A stretch of 64,000 bases of DNA from Vulcanimicrobiota bacterium (GTDB lineage Bacteria; Vulcanimicrobiota; Vulcanimicrobiia; Vulcanimicrobiales; Vulcanimicrobiaceae): assembly GCA_963833095.1 (NCBI GenBank), contig CAWHWQ010000003.1:199376-263375 (forward strand), in the 5' to 3' direction. Within the stretch, counting starts at the first letter, position 1. Every line of letters begins with the position of its first letter. A program made the position numbers and the translations under genes. Below are positions 21,121 through 31,343 of this stretch, piece after piece. The notes under the pieces are model-generated. The model saw only the letters and a list, made by a program, of their open reading frames with translations, did no database searches and was not told the origin of the DNA.

Positions 21121-21975
21121 ATGCTGTACACGATCGATCACGAGACAGCGTATTCATACAGCCAGCGCGTGCGCGAGTCGTATACCGTCTGTCATTTACA
21201 GCCCCTCAGCGATACCACCCAATACTGCACCGGCTTCGACCTGCGGATCGAGCCGCCAGCGCAAATCTTCGTCTATCGCGACCGGTTCAACAATGAAGTT
21301 CATCACTTCGACTACCTGCCCAATCACGATGTCCTCACGATATGCGCGCGTTCGACGGTAGTTACCGTACGTGCGAGCCGGCCGCAAGCGCCTCCATTCG
21401 CGCAACGCGCGGCTCTTACGGCGGATCCTCTTCTTCCGCAGCTCTATGATTTTATGCACGAAAGCCCGTACATTGTTTTCGGACCGGAGCTACGAAACTT
21501 CGCGACGTTTCTCGGCGACCCCGGAGATGATCTTGCCGCCTACTTCATTCGCGCCGGTGAGGCGATTCACGAGCTCTTTCGCTACGACCGCGACGCGACC
21601 GGCGTGCACACGATCGTCGACGAGGCGGTCGAGCTGCGCAGCGGCGTGTGCCAAGACTTTGCGCACGTCTACGTCGCTCTTTGCCGTCTGCATGGGATTC
21701 CAGCACGCTACGTCAGCGGCTACATTCACACCCGTTCCGGCGACGAGGTCCTCGGCGCGGAGGCCTCGCACGCCTGGTGCGAGGCGTATTTGCCGCCGCA
21801 CGGTTGGGTGGGCTTTGACCCGACAAATGCGCGCCTCATCAACGACGACTTCGTCAAGATCGCGGTCGGTCGAGATTACCGGGACGTGAGTCCCGTACGC
21901 GGCGTGTATAAGGGTGCCTCACAAGGCCTCCTCTCCGTCAACGTGGCGGTCGAGGCTTTAACGACGGCCCAGTAG
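21121..21975 (+). CDS. Transglutaminase family protein
   Basis: Catalytic triad motifs 'GVCQDFAH', 'SHAW', 'FDPTN'; 'GRDYRDVSP'. Confidence 0.92.
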   Translation: MLYTIDHETAYSYSQRVRESYTVCHLQPLSDTTQYCTGFDLRIEPPAQIFVYRDRFNNEVHHFDYLPNHDVLTICARSTVVTVRASRPQAPPFAQRAALTADPLLPQLYDFMHESPYIVFGPELRNFATFLGDPGDDLAAYFIRAGEAIHELFRYDRDATGVHTIVDEAVELRSGVCQDFAHVYVALCRLHGIPARYVSGYIHTRSGDEVLGAEASHAWCEAYLPPHGWVGFDPTNARLINDDFVKIAVGRDYRDVSPVRGVYKGASQGLLSVNVAVEALTTAQ

Positions 21976-22005
21976 CGTCGCTAACCAAAGGCGAAGCTTG
22001 GTGTC

Positions 22006-22752
22006 ATGCCCGCATTCGACCACGCCGGTGCCGCGCTCATTCTCGCCGTCGCAGCGGTCGGCGTGTTGCATACGATCGTGCCGGATCACTGGGCCCCCAT
22101 CGTTGTGTTGGCGCGGGAGCAAGGCTGGTCGACTGCGCGCATCGCTCGGGCTGCCGCCGTGGCCGGCTTGGGCCACGTGACAACCACCCTGCTCCTCGGA
22201 GCAATCGTGTGGCTGGCTGGCGCTGCGCTCGCCGTACGTTACGCGCATCTCGTTTCGTCCGTCTCGGCGATCGCGTTGATCGCGTTTGGTTTGTGGATTG
22301 CGTACACCGGATGGAAAGAAACGCGTCAGGAGAGTCACACCGACGCGCTTCATGGGCACGCGCACCTTCACCGCCACGACGGGGGCCTCGAACACGTGCA
22401 TTGGCACGAACATCACGACGACGATCTGCATCTCGTCGAGCCAGGTGTTGCCGTGTTGCACAGTCATGACCATACCGCCTCGGGGCGCATGGCACTTTTG
22501 CTCATCCTCGGCTCCTCACCGATGATCGAGGGCATTCCAGCCTTCTTCAACGCATCAACCAAAGGGCCGGCGCTACTCGGCGTGATGGCCATCGTCTTTG
22601 CCGCATCGACGATCGTCACGTACGTGGCGATGTGCGTGGCCGGATTGCGCGGCTTGCAAAAGACTTCACTCGGGCCGCTCGAACGGTACGGCGAAGTGCT
22701 CAGCGGCCTCTTCGTCGCACTCGTCGGCGTTTACGCGCTCCTCGCAGGCTGA
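22006..22752 (+). CDS. His-rich nickel/cobalt transporter-like membrane protein
   Basis: 'LHTIVPDHW', 'GLGHV', central His-rich loop, multiple TM helices. Confidence 0.75.
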   Translation: MPAFDHAGAALILAVAAVGVLHTIVPDHWAPIVVLAREQGWSTARIARAAAVAGLGHVTTTLLLGAIVWLAGAALAVRYAHLVSSVSAIALIAFGLWIAYTGWKETRQESHTDALHGHAHLHRHDGGLEHVHWHEHHDDDLHLVEPGVAVLHSHDHTASGRMALLLILGSSPMIEGIPAFFNASTKGPALLGVMAIVFAASTIVTYVAMCVAGLRGLQKTSLGPLERYGEVLSGLFVALVGVYALLAG

Positions 22753-23987
22753 GCGATGTTGTCGTAGATCCACAGCAGCAACGCTGTCAGCACGCCGACA
22801 CCCGTAACGATGGGCCAGATTAGCGCTGGCCGGTGGACGACTTCACCGAAGTGGTGTAGTAGCGTACCGCCAAACCATCCTCCGACAAGCGAGCCGATGC
22901 CGATCGGCAGGAACGCAAAGCCCATGTACGTTCCCTGTTGGCCTGCGGGCGCGAGGCGCGAAATATATTCGTAGTACCGTGGCGACTGAGTGATCTCCCC
23001 GAGCCCGAGTACCGCTAAACTCAAGACCGCCATCAAAACGCTAGCTTTGGCCGCAAGCAGCAGCCAGCCCACGGATGTGATCAGCGTGCCTAGCGTGATC
23101 GCGCGAAACGCGGGAAACCTGCGCGTCAGCGCGTTTACCACAACCGTGAGTGTGATCACGATCAGGGGATCGGTGATAAGAATCATCGCGGTGTTGGCGT
23201 TCGGGTCGACGTAGTCGTGAATGTAAATCGGCAGAATAAGGTATTGCTGCCAGAAAACGATCCAGTAGCCCGAGAAGATCAGCAAAAACAGCACGAAACG
23301 CCCATTGCCGAGGACGGTCAAGAAGTTGCGCGCTACTTGCGCGAGCGAATCGGTCGATTGCGCGCTGCCGCCGCGCGGCTCTTTGAAGAACAGCAGCACG
23401 GTGAAAAACATTGCAAAGACGCTGAGCGCGGCGAGCAGAAACACGTTCTCGGGCCGCATGCGTTCGTTGATCCAGCCGGCAAGAAACGGACCGGCGGTAC
23501 TACCGATATTGACCATCGTATAGTAGATGGAGTAGCCGATGGAGCGAACGCTCTCTTTGGATGCGCGAGCGGTTGTACCAACCACGGACGGCTTGACCAA
23601 CGCGACGCCCAGTGCAGGTAAAAAAAGAATGACACCAGCCAAGAGACCAAGCGGGACGATTGCCCGTACCGGCGCGAGCCACGGTGCGCCGATCGAGCCC
23701 ACGAGAAAATAGGCGCACGTCAGGATAAGGTACGCGCTCGAAAGCGCCCGGCGAAATCCGATGCGATCGGCGACCGCTCCGCCGAAGACGGCCATCACCC
23801 AGACTGCGCCACCGAAGATGCCGCTGAGACCGGCGGCCTGCGAACTAGGAAACCCGAGCGTCGTGTTCAGATAGAGCGCAAGCGTCGAGAATACCGCGTA
23901 ATACGAAAGCCGCTCGAAGATCTCGCTGACGTTAGCGATCCAAAACGGCCGCTCGAAGCCGGTGCGGATATCAGCCCACGATAACAA
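22731..23987 (-). CDS. MFS transporter (POT/peptide-like)
   Basis: 'EIFERLSYY' (ExxER), 'GAVADRIGFRR', 'YYTMVNIGS'. Confidence 0.88.
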   Translation of the reverse strand: MLSWADIRTGFERPFWIANVSEIFERLSYYAVFSTLALYLNTTLGFPSSQAAGLSGIFGGAVWVMAVFGGAVADRIGFRRALSSAYLILTCAYFLVGSIGAPWLAPVRAIVPLGLLAGVILFLPALGVALVKPSVVGTTARASKESVRSIGYSIYYTMVNIGSTAGPFLAGWINERMRPENVFLLAALSVFAMFFTVLLFFKEPRGGSAQSTDSLAQVARNFLTVLGNGRFVLFLLIFSGYWIVFWQQYLILPIYIHDYVDPNANTAMILITDPLIVITLTVVVNALTRRFPAFRAITLGTLITSVGWLLLAAKASVLMAVLSLAVLGLGEITQSPRYYEYISRLAPAGQQGTYMGFAFLPIGIGSLVGGWFGGTLLHHFGEVVHRPALIWPIVTGVGVLTALLLWIYDNIAQPARSA

Positions 23988-24354
23988 ATCGTCCGCCGTC
24001 GGTGAATAGAATCACGAGCAACATCGAAATCAGCATTAGTTCGTACGACCAGCCGAGTCCATCTTTGCCCCAAAAACCGGTCTTCCAGACGAAGATCTTC
24101 TTCTGCATCGCGCCGAGCATGATGAGGATGAGCCCGATCGACGCAAGCTGCTGTAGGACGCCCAAGATGACTCCAGCTCCGCCCGCGAGTTCGGCGACAG
24201 CGAGAAAGATAACGAAGCTTTTGGGAAGGCCGAGGCCCTTGCTGCGCTCGTCTGGACTGCGTATGTCGTTGTAGCCACTATCAACATAAACCAAGCCGGC
24301 CATGATCCGTAGAAATAACAGGCCAAAGTCAGTGAACGAGTCGAGATGAAACAT
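23971..24354 (-). CDS. DoxX family membrane protein
   Basis: 'LFLRIMAG', 'AELAGG', 'GWSYEL', 'DGGRF'. Confidence 0.85.
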   Translation of the reverse strand: MFHLDSFTDFGLLFLRIMAGLVYVDSGYNDIRSPDERSKGLGLPKSFVIFLAVAELAGGAGVILGVLQQLASIGLILIMLGAMQKKIFVWKTGFWGKDGLGWSYELMLISMLLVILFTDGGRFVIVG

Positions 24355-24464
24355 AGGCTGCGCACCTCCGCAGCGGAGCTTTTTCGCTGCGCTCGGAACG
24401 GCCTGCGGTCGCGGATCCTCTACGATAGCGCAGCTTTCGCGCCGATCTTTGCGACACGTGCCAG

Positions 24465-24493
24465 TTGCCCGAAGCAAGCTTAACCCATATAAT
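24465..24493 (+). promoter_or_regulatory. Sigma70-type promoter for the TonB receptor gene
   Basis: TTGCCC-17 bp-TATAAT, followed by AT-rich AGATTTAATATCT. Confidence 0.6.
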
Positions 24494-24527
24494 CCAGATT
24501 TAATATCTAATTTTGCGTGGGGGCCCG

Positions 24528-27339
24528 ATGCTTATCCGCTGCTTTTTGGCTATTGCTTTGGCGTTATGCACAACGCCGCTCGCAGCTTATGCACAGGCCG
24601 CACCCACGACCGGCGCTATCACCGGTTCGGTAAAGACGGCTGCCGGGGCAGCGGTCCCGAGCGCCCTCGTCACTGCGGAGGGGCCAACGCGCGCTTCGGT
24701 CGGCGCGGATGCGCAAGGCAATTTCAAGCTCGTGCTCGCGGCGGGAATCTATCGCCTGACGGTCACGAGAGGTGGCTACGTTCCGGCCACGCTCACCGAC
24801 ATCGCGGTGATCAGCGGTTCGACGCAATCGGTCGACGTGACGATGACGTTGGCCGACTTAACCTCGTTGCGTACAATCGCTTCGGTCTCGACCTCCGGGC
24901 GAAACAGTTCGATCAATACCGGAGCCGCATCGACTACCTATATTCCGGGCACCGACGTAAGCAATCTCGCCAATCCACAGATCAACGACGTCATTCAACG
25001 CATGCCCAACGTTGTGATCCAGCGCCAAGGCAGCCAGCCCGACACGACAATCGTCGACGGCGGCGTGCAGCCCTACGAAACGCAAGTCCTCATCGATGGA
25101 CACCCGATCTCCCTCGGGCAATACGGCGTGTGGCTTACCGAGTATTTTCCGTCGTATCTGCTCGCCGGTGTCGAAACCGAGATTGGGCCCGGCAACACGA
25201 CGCCCTTCGCGTCAACGGCCGTCGGCGGCACCACGAACCTACTTACGCCCGGCTACACCGCCAAGCCGACGATGAACTTCGTCATAGGCAGCGACAGCTA
25301 CAATTCGCAGTATTCGAGTCTTCTGATCACCGGTTCAGTAAAGAAACTCTCGTACGTCGCGGGCGCGGGCTACGGCAGCAGCAACGGGCCCTATTTTCAA
25401 GCAACCCACTGCGTCGTAACGCCCGACAATCCGGCCAACGACAACACACCCGCGTCGGTCGGCATCGTGCAATTCTGCGGTGACTCGAGCGGTTCGCTTT
25501 TTAACAAAGGCCTTATCCTCAAACTGCGCTATACGTTTTCACCCGCTACCTCGTTCGAGGTCGGGTTCATCGGCGCGTACGGCGGCTATCTCCCGCAAGG
25601 AACATCGTACGGCCAGTATCTCGGCTCGACCCAAATTGAGCCGTGTCTCCAATCAAATCCGCTCGCGTGTAACAACCCCAACTACAACGGCTTCATCGGA
25701 CAGTCCATACCCGCGTACGCCTGGTATCCGGGCTCGAACGTCTACTACAATCAGCCGATCTTTACCGGTCAATTTCGCACCTCGATCGGCAACGATACGT
25801 TGCTGATTCGGCCATATGCCGGAAATATCGAGTGGGGTACTCGATGGTGCCGGCGAAGACCACTATCCGCTCTACTTCTCGCCACCCGGCACCGTGCCGT
25901 CGACCGATCCGATCAACAACCCCAACGCGTTCGAGGCAGCGTGCTACGGGAGCTACATCGGTCAGATTCTGGGCTACAATTCAACGCCGACTGTGCTGCC
26001 CGGCGGCTACGAGCAATGCTATCAAACGCAGTTCAGCGAGCTCTCCCAAGACAAGCTCTACGGTAATACGCTTACCTACCTGCACCCGGTAGGCGACGAT
26101 CTCTTCACGTTCACCTATGACTTCCACGGCGACAACAGCTACGGCTATTACAACGCTAATACGCCGGCCGACGTCACCGTCCCAAACACGCTAATGCACT
26201 ACACGACGCTCTCGCTCGTGGGCGACATTCATGCCTCGCGCACCGTCGGCGTCAAAGCCGGCCTCTATGACTCGATTTGGAGCGTTTCCGGTTCGCAAAA
26301 CGTCACGCCGTATGCGACGCCCGATCCGGCGACGGGTCTCGTGCCGCAGGTCGGCCTGCAACGCAGTGTGTCGCGCCTGGATCCGCACGTCGCGGTGACG
26401 TATCAGCCGACCGGGAACATCTCGTATCGCGCCGCATGGGGCACCTCCGAGACGTTCCCCTTCTCCGGCTACATCAGCGGCGCCCCGTTCTACACGCCGC
26501 CGTCCGCGACGTCGGGAACGGTTGCGCCCAATGGCTTCGTGACGTTCAAAAATCCCTATCTCGATCCGGAAACGGCGACCGAATTCAGCATCGGGATGGA
26601 TTGGCGCGTGCGCCAGAACGGCATCCTCAAACTCGACTTACAGAACACGCAGGTCCACAACGTCTTCGAAGAGCTGACGACACCCACGGCCATTATGTGG
26701 CCGGGGAGCGCGATCACCGGCATCAACAATAACCTGGTGACTACGGTGCAGCCGACCAACGCCGCGCTCTTGAGCGTGCAGATGGCGACGATAAGCTACA
26801 ACTATGCGCCGCGGTTCGGCTTGGGCTATAACGGCGCGATGGTCTTCGAGCGATCGGTCGTGAGCGGTATTCCCCTAGCGTTCTACGGATTCGGCCCGTC
26901 GCTCCCCGCCAATGGACAGCAGACATGCGGTTTCGGCCTTACGATCCCCGGGAGCGTCACGTGCATCCCATACATGAAGGGTTACTTCCAAGCGAACTAC
27001 ACCTTCAAAGACCAATCCTGGGTTGGCCTCGGGGCGGATTTTGAAGGCAAAAACAACACCTACTTCCAGCCCCCGTTCCTTCAGTTCGACTTGAGCGCAA
27101 AGAAGACGATCACGCCGACGTTGGAAGCGCAGATCTCGGTTCAGAACTTGCTCAACACCAACAACTATTACAACCTGCCTCAACCAAACTCAGGCGTGAC
27201 GACGACGCTTGGTCAATACGGCCCCGTTGCTCCCGGTGGGTCCGCCCAATATTATCAAACCTCGGTTCCGTCTACGCTGATTCCGGCACTGCCGCGCACG
27301 CTCCGGTTCCAGCTTCGCTGGCACATCGGAAAACCGTAA
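24528..27339 (+). CDS. TonB-dependent receptor with N-terminal carboxypeptidase-regulatory-like domain; +1 frameshift in a G-run at about 25835
   Basis: Signal peptide; 'GAITGSV..AAGAAVPSALV'; plug 'VLIDGHP', 'VGGTTNL'; 'NPYLDPE'; 'VQNLLN'; C-terminal 'PRTLRFQLRW'. Confidence 0.87.
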
Positions 27340-27996
27340 CTACTGCAGTGCGTTGAGGTCGATTTTGATCGAGCAATCGGCGGCCGACGTTCCGATGTAG
27401 CGCGGGTACGCGTCTTCGTCGTCCATGCGATTTACTTCACATCCGCCTTCATCGAGCGTCGAGGTGTAGGTATCGGGGCTCTTCGGCAAAATCCCGGCCG
27501 CATGGCTCTCGATCTTCCACGCGTTTGGCACGATGAGCATCGAGTGCTTTCCGAAGATGATCGCCTGGCCAAACGGCGCTTTGGTGACGACTCCGCCCGG
27601 GCCGAGCGCCGCTTCAAAGGGGGGCTGATTGTCGGCGCTTGGGCGCGTAATCGTCAGCCGATAGACCGGCTGAAGCAACGTTCCGCTTGGAAACACCAGG
27701 CTTGCCGGCTTGGACTCGATCTTGCCCGCGCGACCGTCGCGATCGCGACAGTAGAGCATCGCGGTTGGCGGCTCCTTGGTTCCTACCTCGACGTCGAGAA
27801 CCGACGGCTGCGTCGTCGACGTGACGCCGCTGACGCGCTCCCATGACCCGAGCGCACCATCGGCTGCGCGGCAGGTTGCACTGCCGGTCGTTGCCGTTCC
27901 GCGCAAAAGCTCCACCGGATTGGGAACCGCCGTTGCGGCCGGCTCAGCAGCAATGCAAGCAAGAACAAGCACGAGCGAAAGATCACGAATGGTCAT
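27340..27996 (-). CDS. Secreted hypothetical protein
   Basis: Hydrophobic N-terminal signal; start overlaps the stop of the upstream EAL gene. Confidence 0.6.
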   Translation of the reverse strand: MTIRDLSLVLVLACIAAEPAATAVPNPVELLRGTATTGSATCRAADGALGSWERVSGVTSTTQPSVLDVEVGTKEPPTAMLYCRDRDGRAGKIESKPASLVFPSGTLLQPVYRLTITRPSADNQPPFEAALGPGGVVTKAPFGQAIIFGKHSMLIVPNAWKIESHAAGILPKSPDTYTSTLDEGGCEVNRMDDEDAYPRYIGTSAADCSIKIDLNALQ

Positions 27997-29384
27997 GTCC
28001 CTGTATTCGACGCACCCGCTTCGCCGCATGCATGCTTTGCGAGCAACGGAAGAACGTGCGCGATCGGCAGCGGGACCGAATAGTGGTACCCTTGCGCCAT
28101 TTCCACGCCGGTCTCGAGCGCGAGTTTATGTTGCGCCTCGGTCTCGACCCCTTCGATGACCGCCTCGATGCCAAGCCGAGTGCACGTTGCAATCACCCCG
28201 CCCAACAATACGAAGAGCTGGCCCTCATCCTCCCGTGCCAGAAACGCGCGATCGATCTTGACCACGTCTACCGGCATGCGTGCGAAAAACTGGAGCGAGT
28301 TAAAGCCGCTCCCCAAGTCGTCGATCGCCACGCGAACGCCCGCTGCGCGTAGACCCTGCACGTTTGCGCGCACGGCCTCGAAATGCTCGGTCTGCACCGT
28401 CTCAGTAAGCTCGAAGATGATGGCGTTGCGCGGAATCTCGGCCTCGTCGATCGCAGCGAGTCGCGTTTCAACCGCATCGCCGGCCTCGAGGGACGTAGGG
28501 CAGATGTTGATGTGAAGGTCGATGTTGCGCACGCGCCGCATCGCTTTTAAATCCTCAAGCGCGCGTTCGAACACCCACTGATCGAACTCGCCCGACATAC
28601 CGGCACGTTCGACGACCGGAATGAACTCGGCTGGAGAGACGATCCCTAATTCGGGATGCTCCCAACGGGTGAGCGCTTCGACGGATACGATCTCTCCGGT
28701 ATCCGGCGCGACGATCGGCTGATAGAGGACGTAGAGCTGTTGGCGACGCGCGGCATGCGTGAGTTCGAGTGAGATCGCGCCCTGCCGGCGCAGGCGGCGC
28801 CCCAGTTCCGGCGTGTGGATCGTCGCAAGGCAGGCACCGCGCCGCCACGAGGCGTGCAGCGCAGCCAGTGCCTTGTCCATGATCGAGCGGACGTCCACTT
28901 TGGGATCGTCGCTCCATGATTCGATCGTCGCCGCGCCGGAGCACACGGCGACGACCGTCCTCGTTCCCTCGACGTCAAGTTCCATTCCGCCATCGACGAA
29001 ACGACGCGCGAGCGCCGTCGTGCGCGCCTCATCGAACGTAGGAAGGAGCACAAGGAACTTGTTTCCGACGCGGGCGAAGAAGTGTTCGGCGCGCAGGCAA
29101 CCCCGCAGTTGCCGCACCACGGCGCACAAGAGCTTGCCGCCGTCCAGGCCGTAGAGCGCCCCGGTCGCGTCGATACTGTCGATTGAGAGCGCGATGGCCC
29201 CCAGGGGGCGCCCGCGCCTCGCGCACTCGATGGCGGCGCGTTCCATCTGGCAAAGAAACAGGGGCAGGTGCGGCAGGCCCGTTACCAGATCGTAGTTCTT
29301 AAGGCTCATGCATTCGAGTTCCAGGCGTCGCAGGCGATCCGGGTCCGGTTCCTCGGGAAACGTATTATACTTGTAGCGGGTCAT
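27993..29384 (-). CDS. Degenerate GGDEF plus intact EAL protein (probable c-di-GMP phosphodiesterase)
   Basis: 'DLVTGLP'; GGDEF replaced by 'RVGNKF'; 'YQPIV', 'EALTRW', 'ELTE', 'IDDLGSG', 'KIDR', 'EGVE', 'QGY'. Confidence 0.87.
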   Translation of the reverse strand: MTRYKYNTFPEEPDPDRLRRLELECMSLKNYDLVTGLPHLPLFLCQMERAAIECARRGRPLGAIALSIDSIDATGALYGLDGGKLLCAVVRQLRGCLRAEHFFARVGNKFLVLLPTFDEARTTALARRFVDGGMELDVEGTRTVVAVCSGAATIESWSDDPKVDVRSIMDKALAALHASWRRGACLATIHTPELGRRLRRQGAISLELTHAARRQQLYVLYQPIVAPDTGEIVSVEALTRWEHPELGIVSPAEFIPVVERAGMSGEFDQWVFERALEDLKAMRRVRNIDLHINICPTSLEAGDAVETRLAAIDEAEIPRNAIIFELTETVQTEHFEAVRANVQGLRAAGVRVAIDDLGSGFNSLQFFARMPVDVVKIDRAFLAREDEGQLFVLLGGVIATCTRLGIEAVIEGVETEAQHKLALETGVEMAQGYHYSVPLPIAHVLPLLAKHACGEAGASNTGT

Positions 29385-29428
29385 TTCAGCTCCTTGAAAC
29401 GGACCCATCATGCGCTTGGTACAGCTAA

Positions 29429-30103
29429 ATGCGCAAGCGCAAAAAACCCCAAAGGGGGTACAAGGTCATACCAAATCTCGTTGGAAGGCCCGCCAATCTC
29501 GAGCGACGGGAATCGATCTTGCGAGCCGCCTCAACACTCTTCGAGCATCGCGGCTACTACGGCACATCGCTGCGCATAATTGCACGAGAAGCGCACATCA
29601 CTCCTTCTCTGCTGCAGAAGTATTTTCCGTGCAAGGAAGCGATCATGAGCGCATTCGTCGAGAAGGCGATGGACGAACTCGACGACTTTATCGCGACAAT
29701 ACGGCGGACTGCCGCGACCGACGCCGACGCGAAGAGTCTGCTGCGTGCCATCGGGCTTCACTACATAAACTTTGTCGACCGCATGCGTGGCTTCTATCTG
29801 ACCTGGATCATGTGTCCCGAGCTGATCGAACCCTATCGTGAAACGTTGCCGGAGTTTATCAGCATCGGGCACAAGCTGATCGCCGACGCACTTGCCGAGC
29901 GCACGGGAATGGCTCCCGACCGCGCGCTGACGCGCGTGCGCATTATGTTCGCCGCGATCTTCGCGTTTGTCATGTACTACACTCGGCTCGAATTTCCGGG
30001 CATACGACGCGAGGAGCGCAGCGAGCGCCTCGCGCGGCTCGTCGATTCGGCTACGGCCGACCCCGACCGAGGCGACGACACTGGGCTCGGCGCACCACCT
30101 TAG
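29429..30103 (+). CDS. TetR/AcrR family regulator
   Basis: 'ILRAASTLFEHRGYYGTSLRIIAREA...YFPCKE'. Confidence 0.88.
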   Translation: MRKRKKPQRGYKVIPNLVGRPANLERRESILRAASTLFEHRGYYGTSLRIIAREAHITPSLLQKYFPCKEAIMSAFVEKAMDELDDFIATIRRTAATDADAKSLLRAIGLHYINFVDRMRGFYLTWIMCPELIEPYRETLPEFISIGHKLIADALAERTGMAPDRALTRVRIMFAAIFAFVMYYTRLEFPGIRREERSERLARLVDSATADPDRGDDTGLGAPP

Positions 30104-31341
30104 GAGCCGAAGATCGATTGATGAAGTAGCTCGACCGGATGGACGATCGTCACCTCGACGCCGCGGCGGCGCAGGAGCGACTGCATCTGAAGCGAGCAGC
30201 CAGGATTGCCGCTGGCTACGATACGCGCGCCGGTTGAAAGCACGTTCGCGATCTTGCGCTCGCCGATCTCGTTTGCGCTCGCCGGTTCGAACAAGTTGTA
30301 CGTGCCCGCGCTGCCGCAGCATTGGTCCCCGTCCGGAATCTCGACCAGCTTCAACCCCGGTATACCGCACAGCAAATCGCGCGGTTCCTGACGCACGCGC
30401 TGCGCGTGGGCCAAATGACAGGCGTCGTGGTAGGCGACCGTCGCATCGATCGGGTTACGCGGTGCGCGCGGTTCGACGTCGGCGAGGTACTCGCTTACAT
30501 CGCGCACCTTCTTACTGAAGGCTTGCGCCCGCGCAGCCCATGCCGGATCATCCGCGAAGAGCTCCTCATATTGCTTCATCGCCGAACCGCAGCCGGCGAC
30601 ATTAACAATAATCGTGTCGACTTGCGCGTCCTCGAACTCCGCGATAAGGGCGCCCGCGAACGTCTTTGCCTCCTCAGCGCGTCCGCTATGCAGCGAGAGG
30701 GCGCCGCAGCAGCCGGCCTGCGGCGGCACGATCACGTCGCAACCCTCGGCGCTGAGCACGCGTACCGTTGCCGCATTCACCTCGGGAAACATCACCCGTT
30801 GCACGCACCCAGCAACGAGCCCCACGCGCGCTCGCGCCATGCCCTGCGCGGGCGTACGCTCCGGCAGCGGCTTGGACGCAGCGGCAACGTCAATCGTCTG
30901 CATCAACGCACCACCCGGAGCAAAACGCTGCAAGCCTAGCTTCGTCACAATGTTCATGAAGGGCGCGAGGCGCAGCAAACGCTGCGGATAGGGAAAAATC
31001 GCAAAGACCATGTCGCGAAGCAGGCGCTCGAAGAATGGCCGCTTGACCTGCGTCTCGATCTTGGCGCGCGTTGACTCGATCAAGAGATCGTAGCGCACGC
31101 CGGAAGGGCACGCGGTCAAACACGCCATGCACCCCAGGCACTGGTCGAAATGTTGCACGACCGATTCATCGAGTGCGATGGTCTCCTCAGCGAGGCCCTT
31201 CATCAAATCGATCCGCCCGCGCGGCGAGTCCGCCTCCAAACCCCACGAGCGATAGGTCGGGCAAGCGGGCAAACAAAACCCGCAATGCACGCAATCCGCG
31301 ATCAAATCCACCGTCGTGCGCGGGACGATTGTTTCACTCAT
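30100..31341 (-). CDS. glcF: Glycolate oxidase Fe-S subunit
   Basis: 'CVHCGFCLPACPTY', 'CLGCMACLTACPSG', CCG domains. Confidence 0.9.
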   Translation of the reverse strand: MSETIVPRTTVDLIADCVHCGFCLPACPTYRSWGLEADSPRGRIDLMKGLAEETIALDESVVQHFDQCLGCMACLTACPSGVRYDLLIESTRAKIETQVKRPFFERLLRDMVFAIFPYPQRLLRLAPFMNIVTKLGLQRFAPGGALMQTIDVAAASKPLPERTPAQGMARARVGLVAGCVQRVMFPEVNAATVRVLSAEGCDVIVPPQAGCCGALSLHSGRAEEAKTFAGALIAEFEDAQVDTIIVNVAGCGSAMKQYEELFADDPAWAARAQAFSKKVRDVSEYLADVEPRAPRNPIDATVAYHDACHLAHAQRVRQEPRDLLCGIPGLKLVEIPDGDQCCGSAGTYNLFEPASANEIGERKIANVLSTGARIVASGNPGCSLQMQSLLRRRGVEVTIVHPVELLHQSIFGS

Positions 31342-31343
31342 CG

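Noticed and set aside
25825..25845. Programmed frameshift or phase variation in the TonB receptor
   Set aside because: The run is only four G and similar 1-nt indels occur throughout the window, so a sequencing error is more parsimonious
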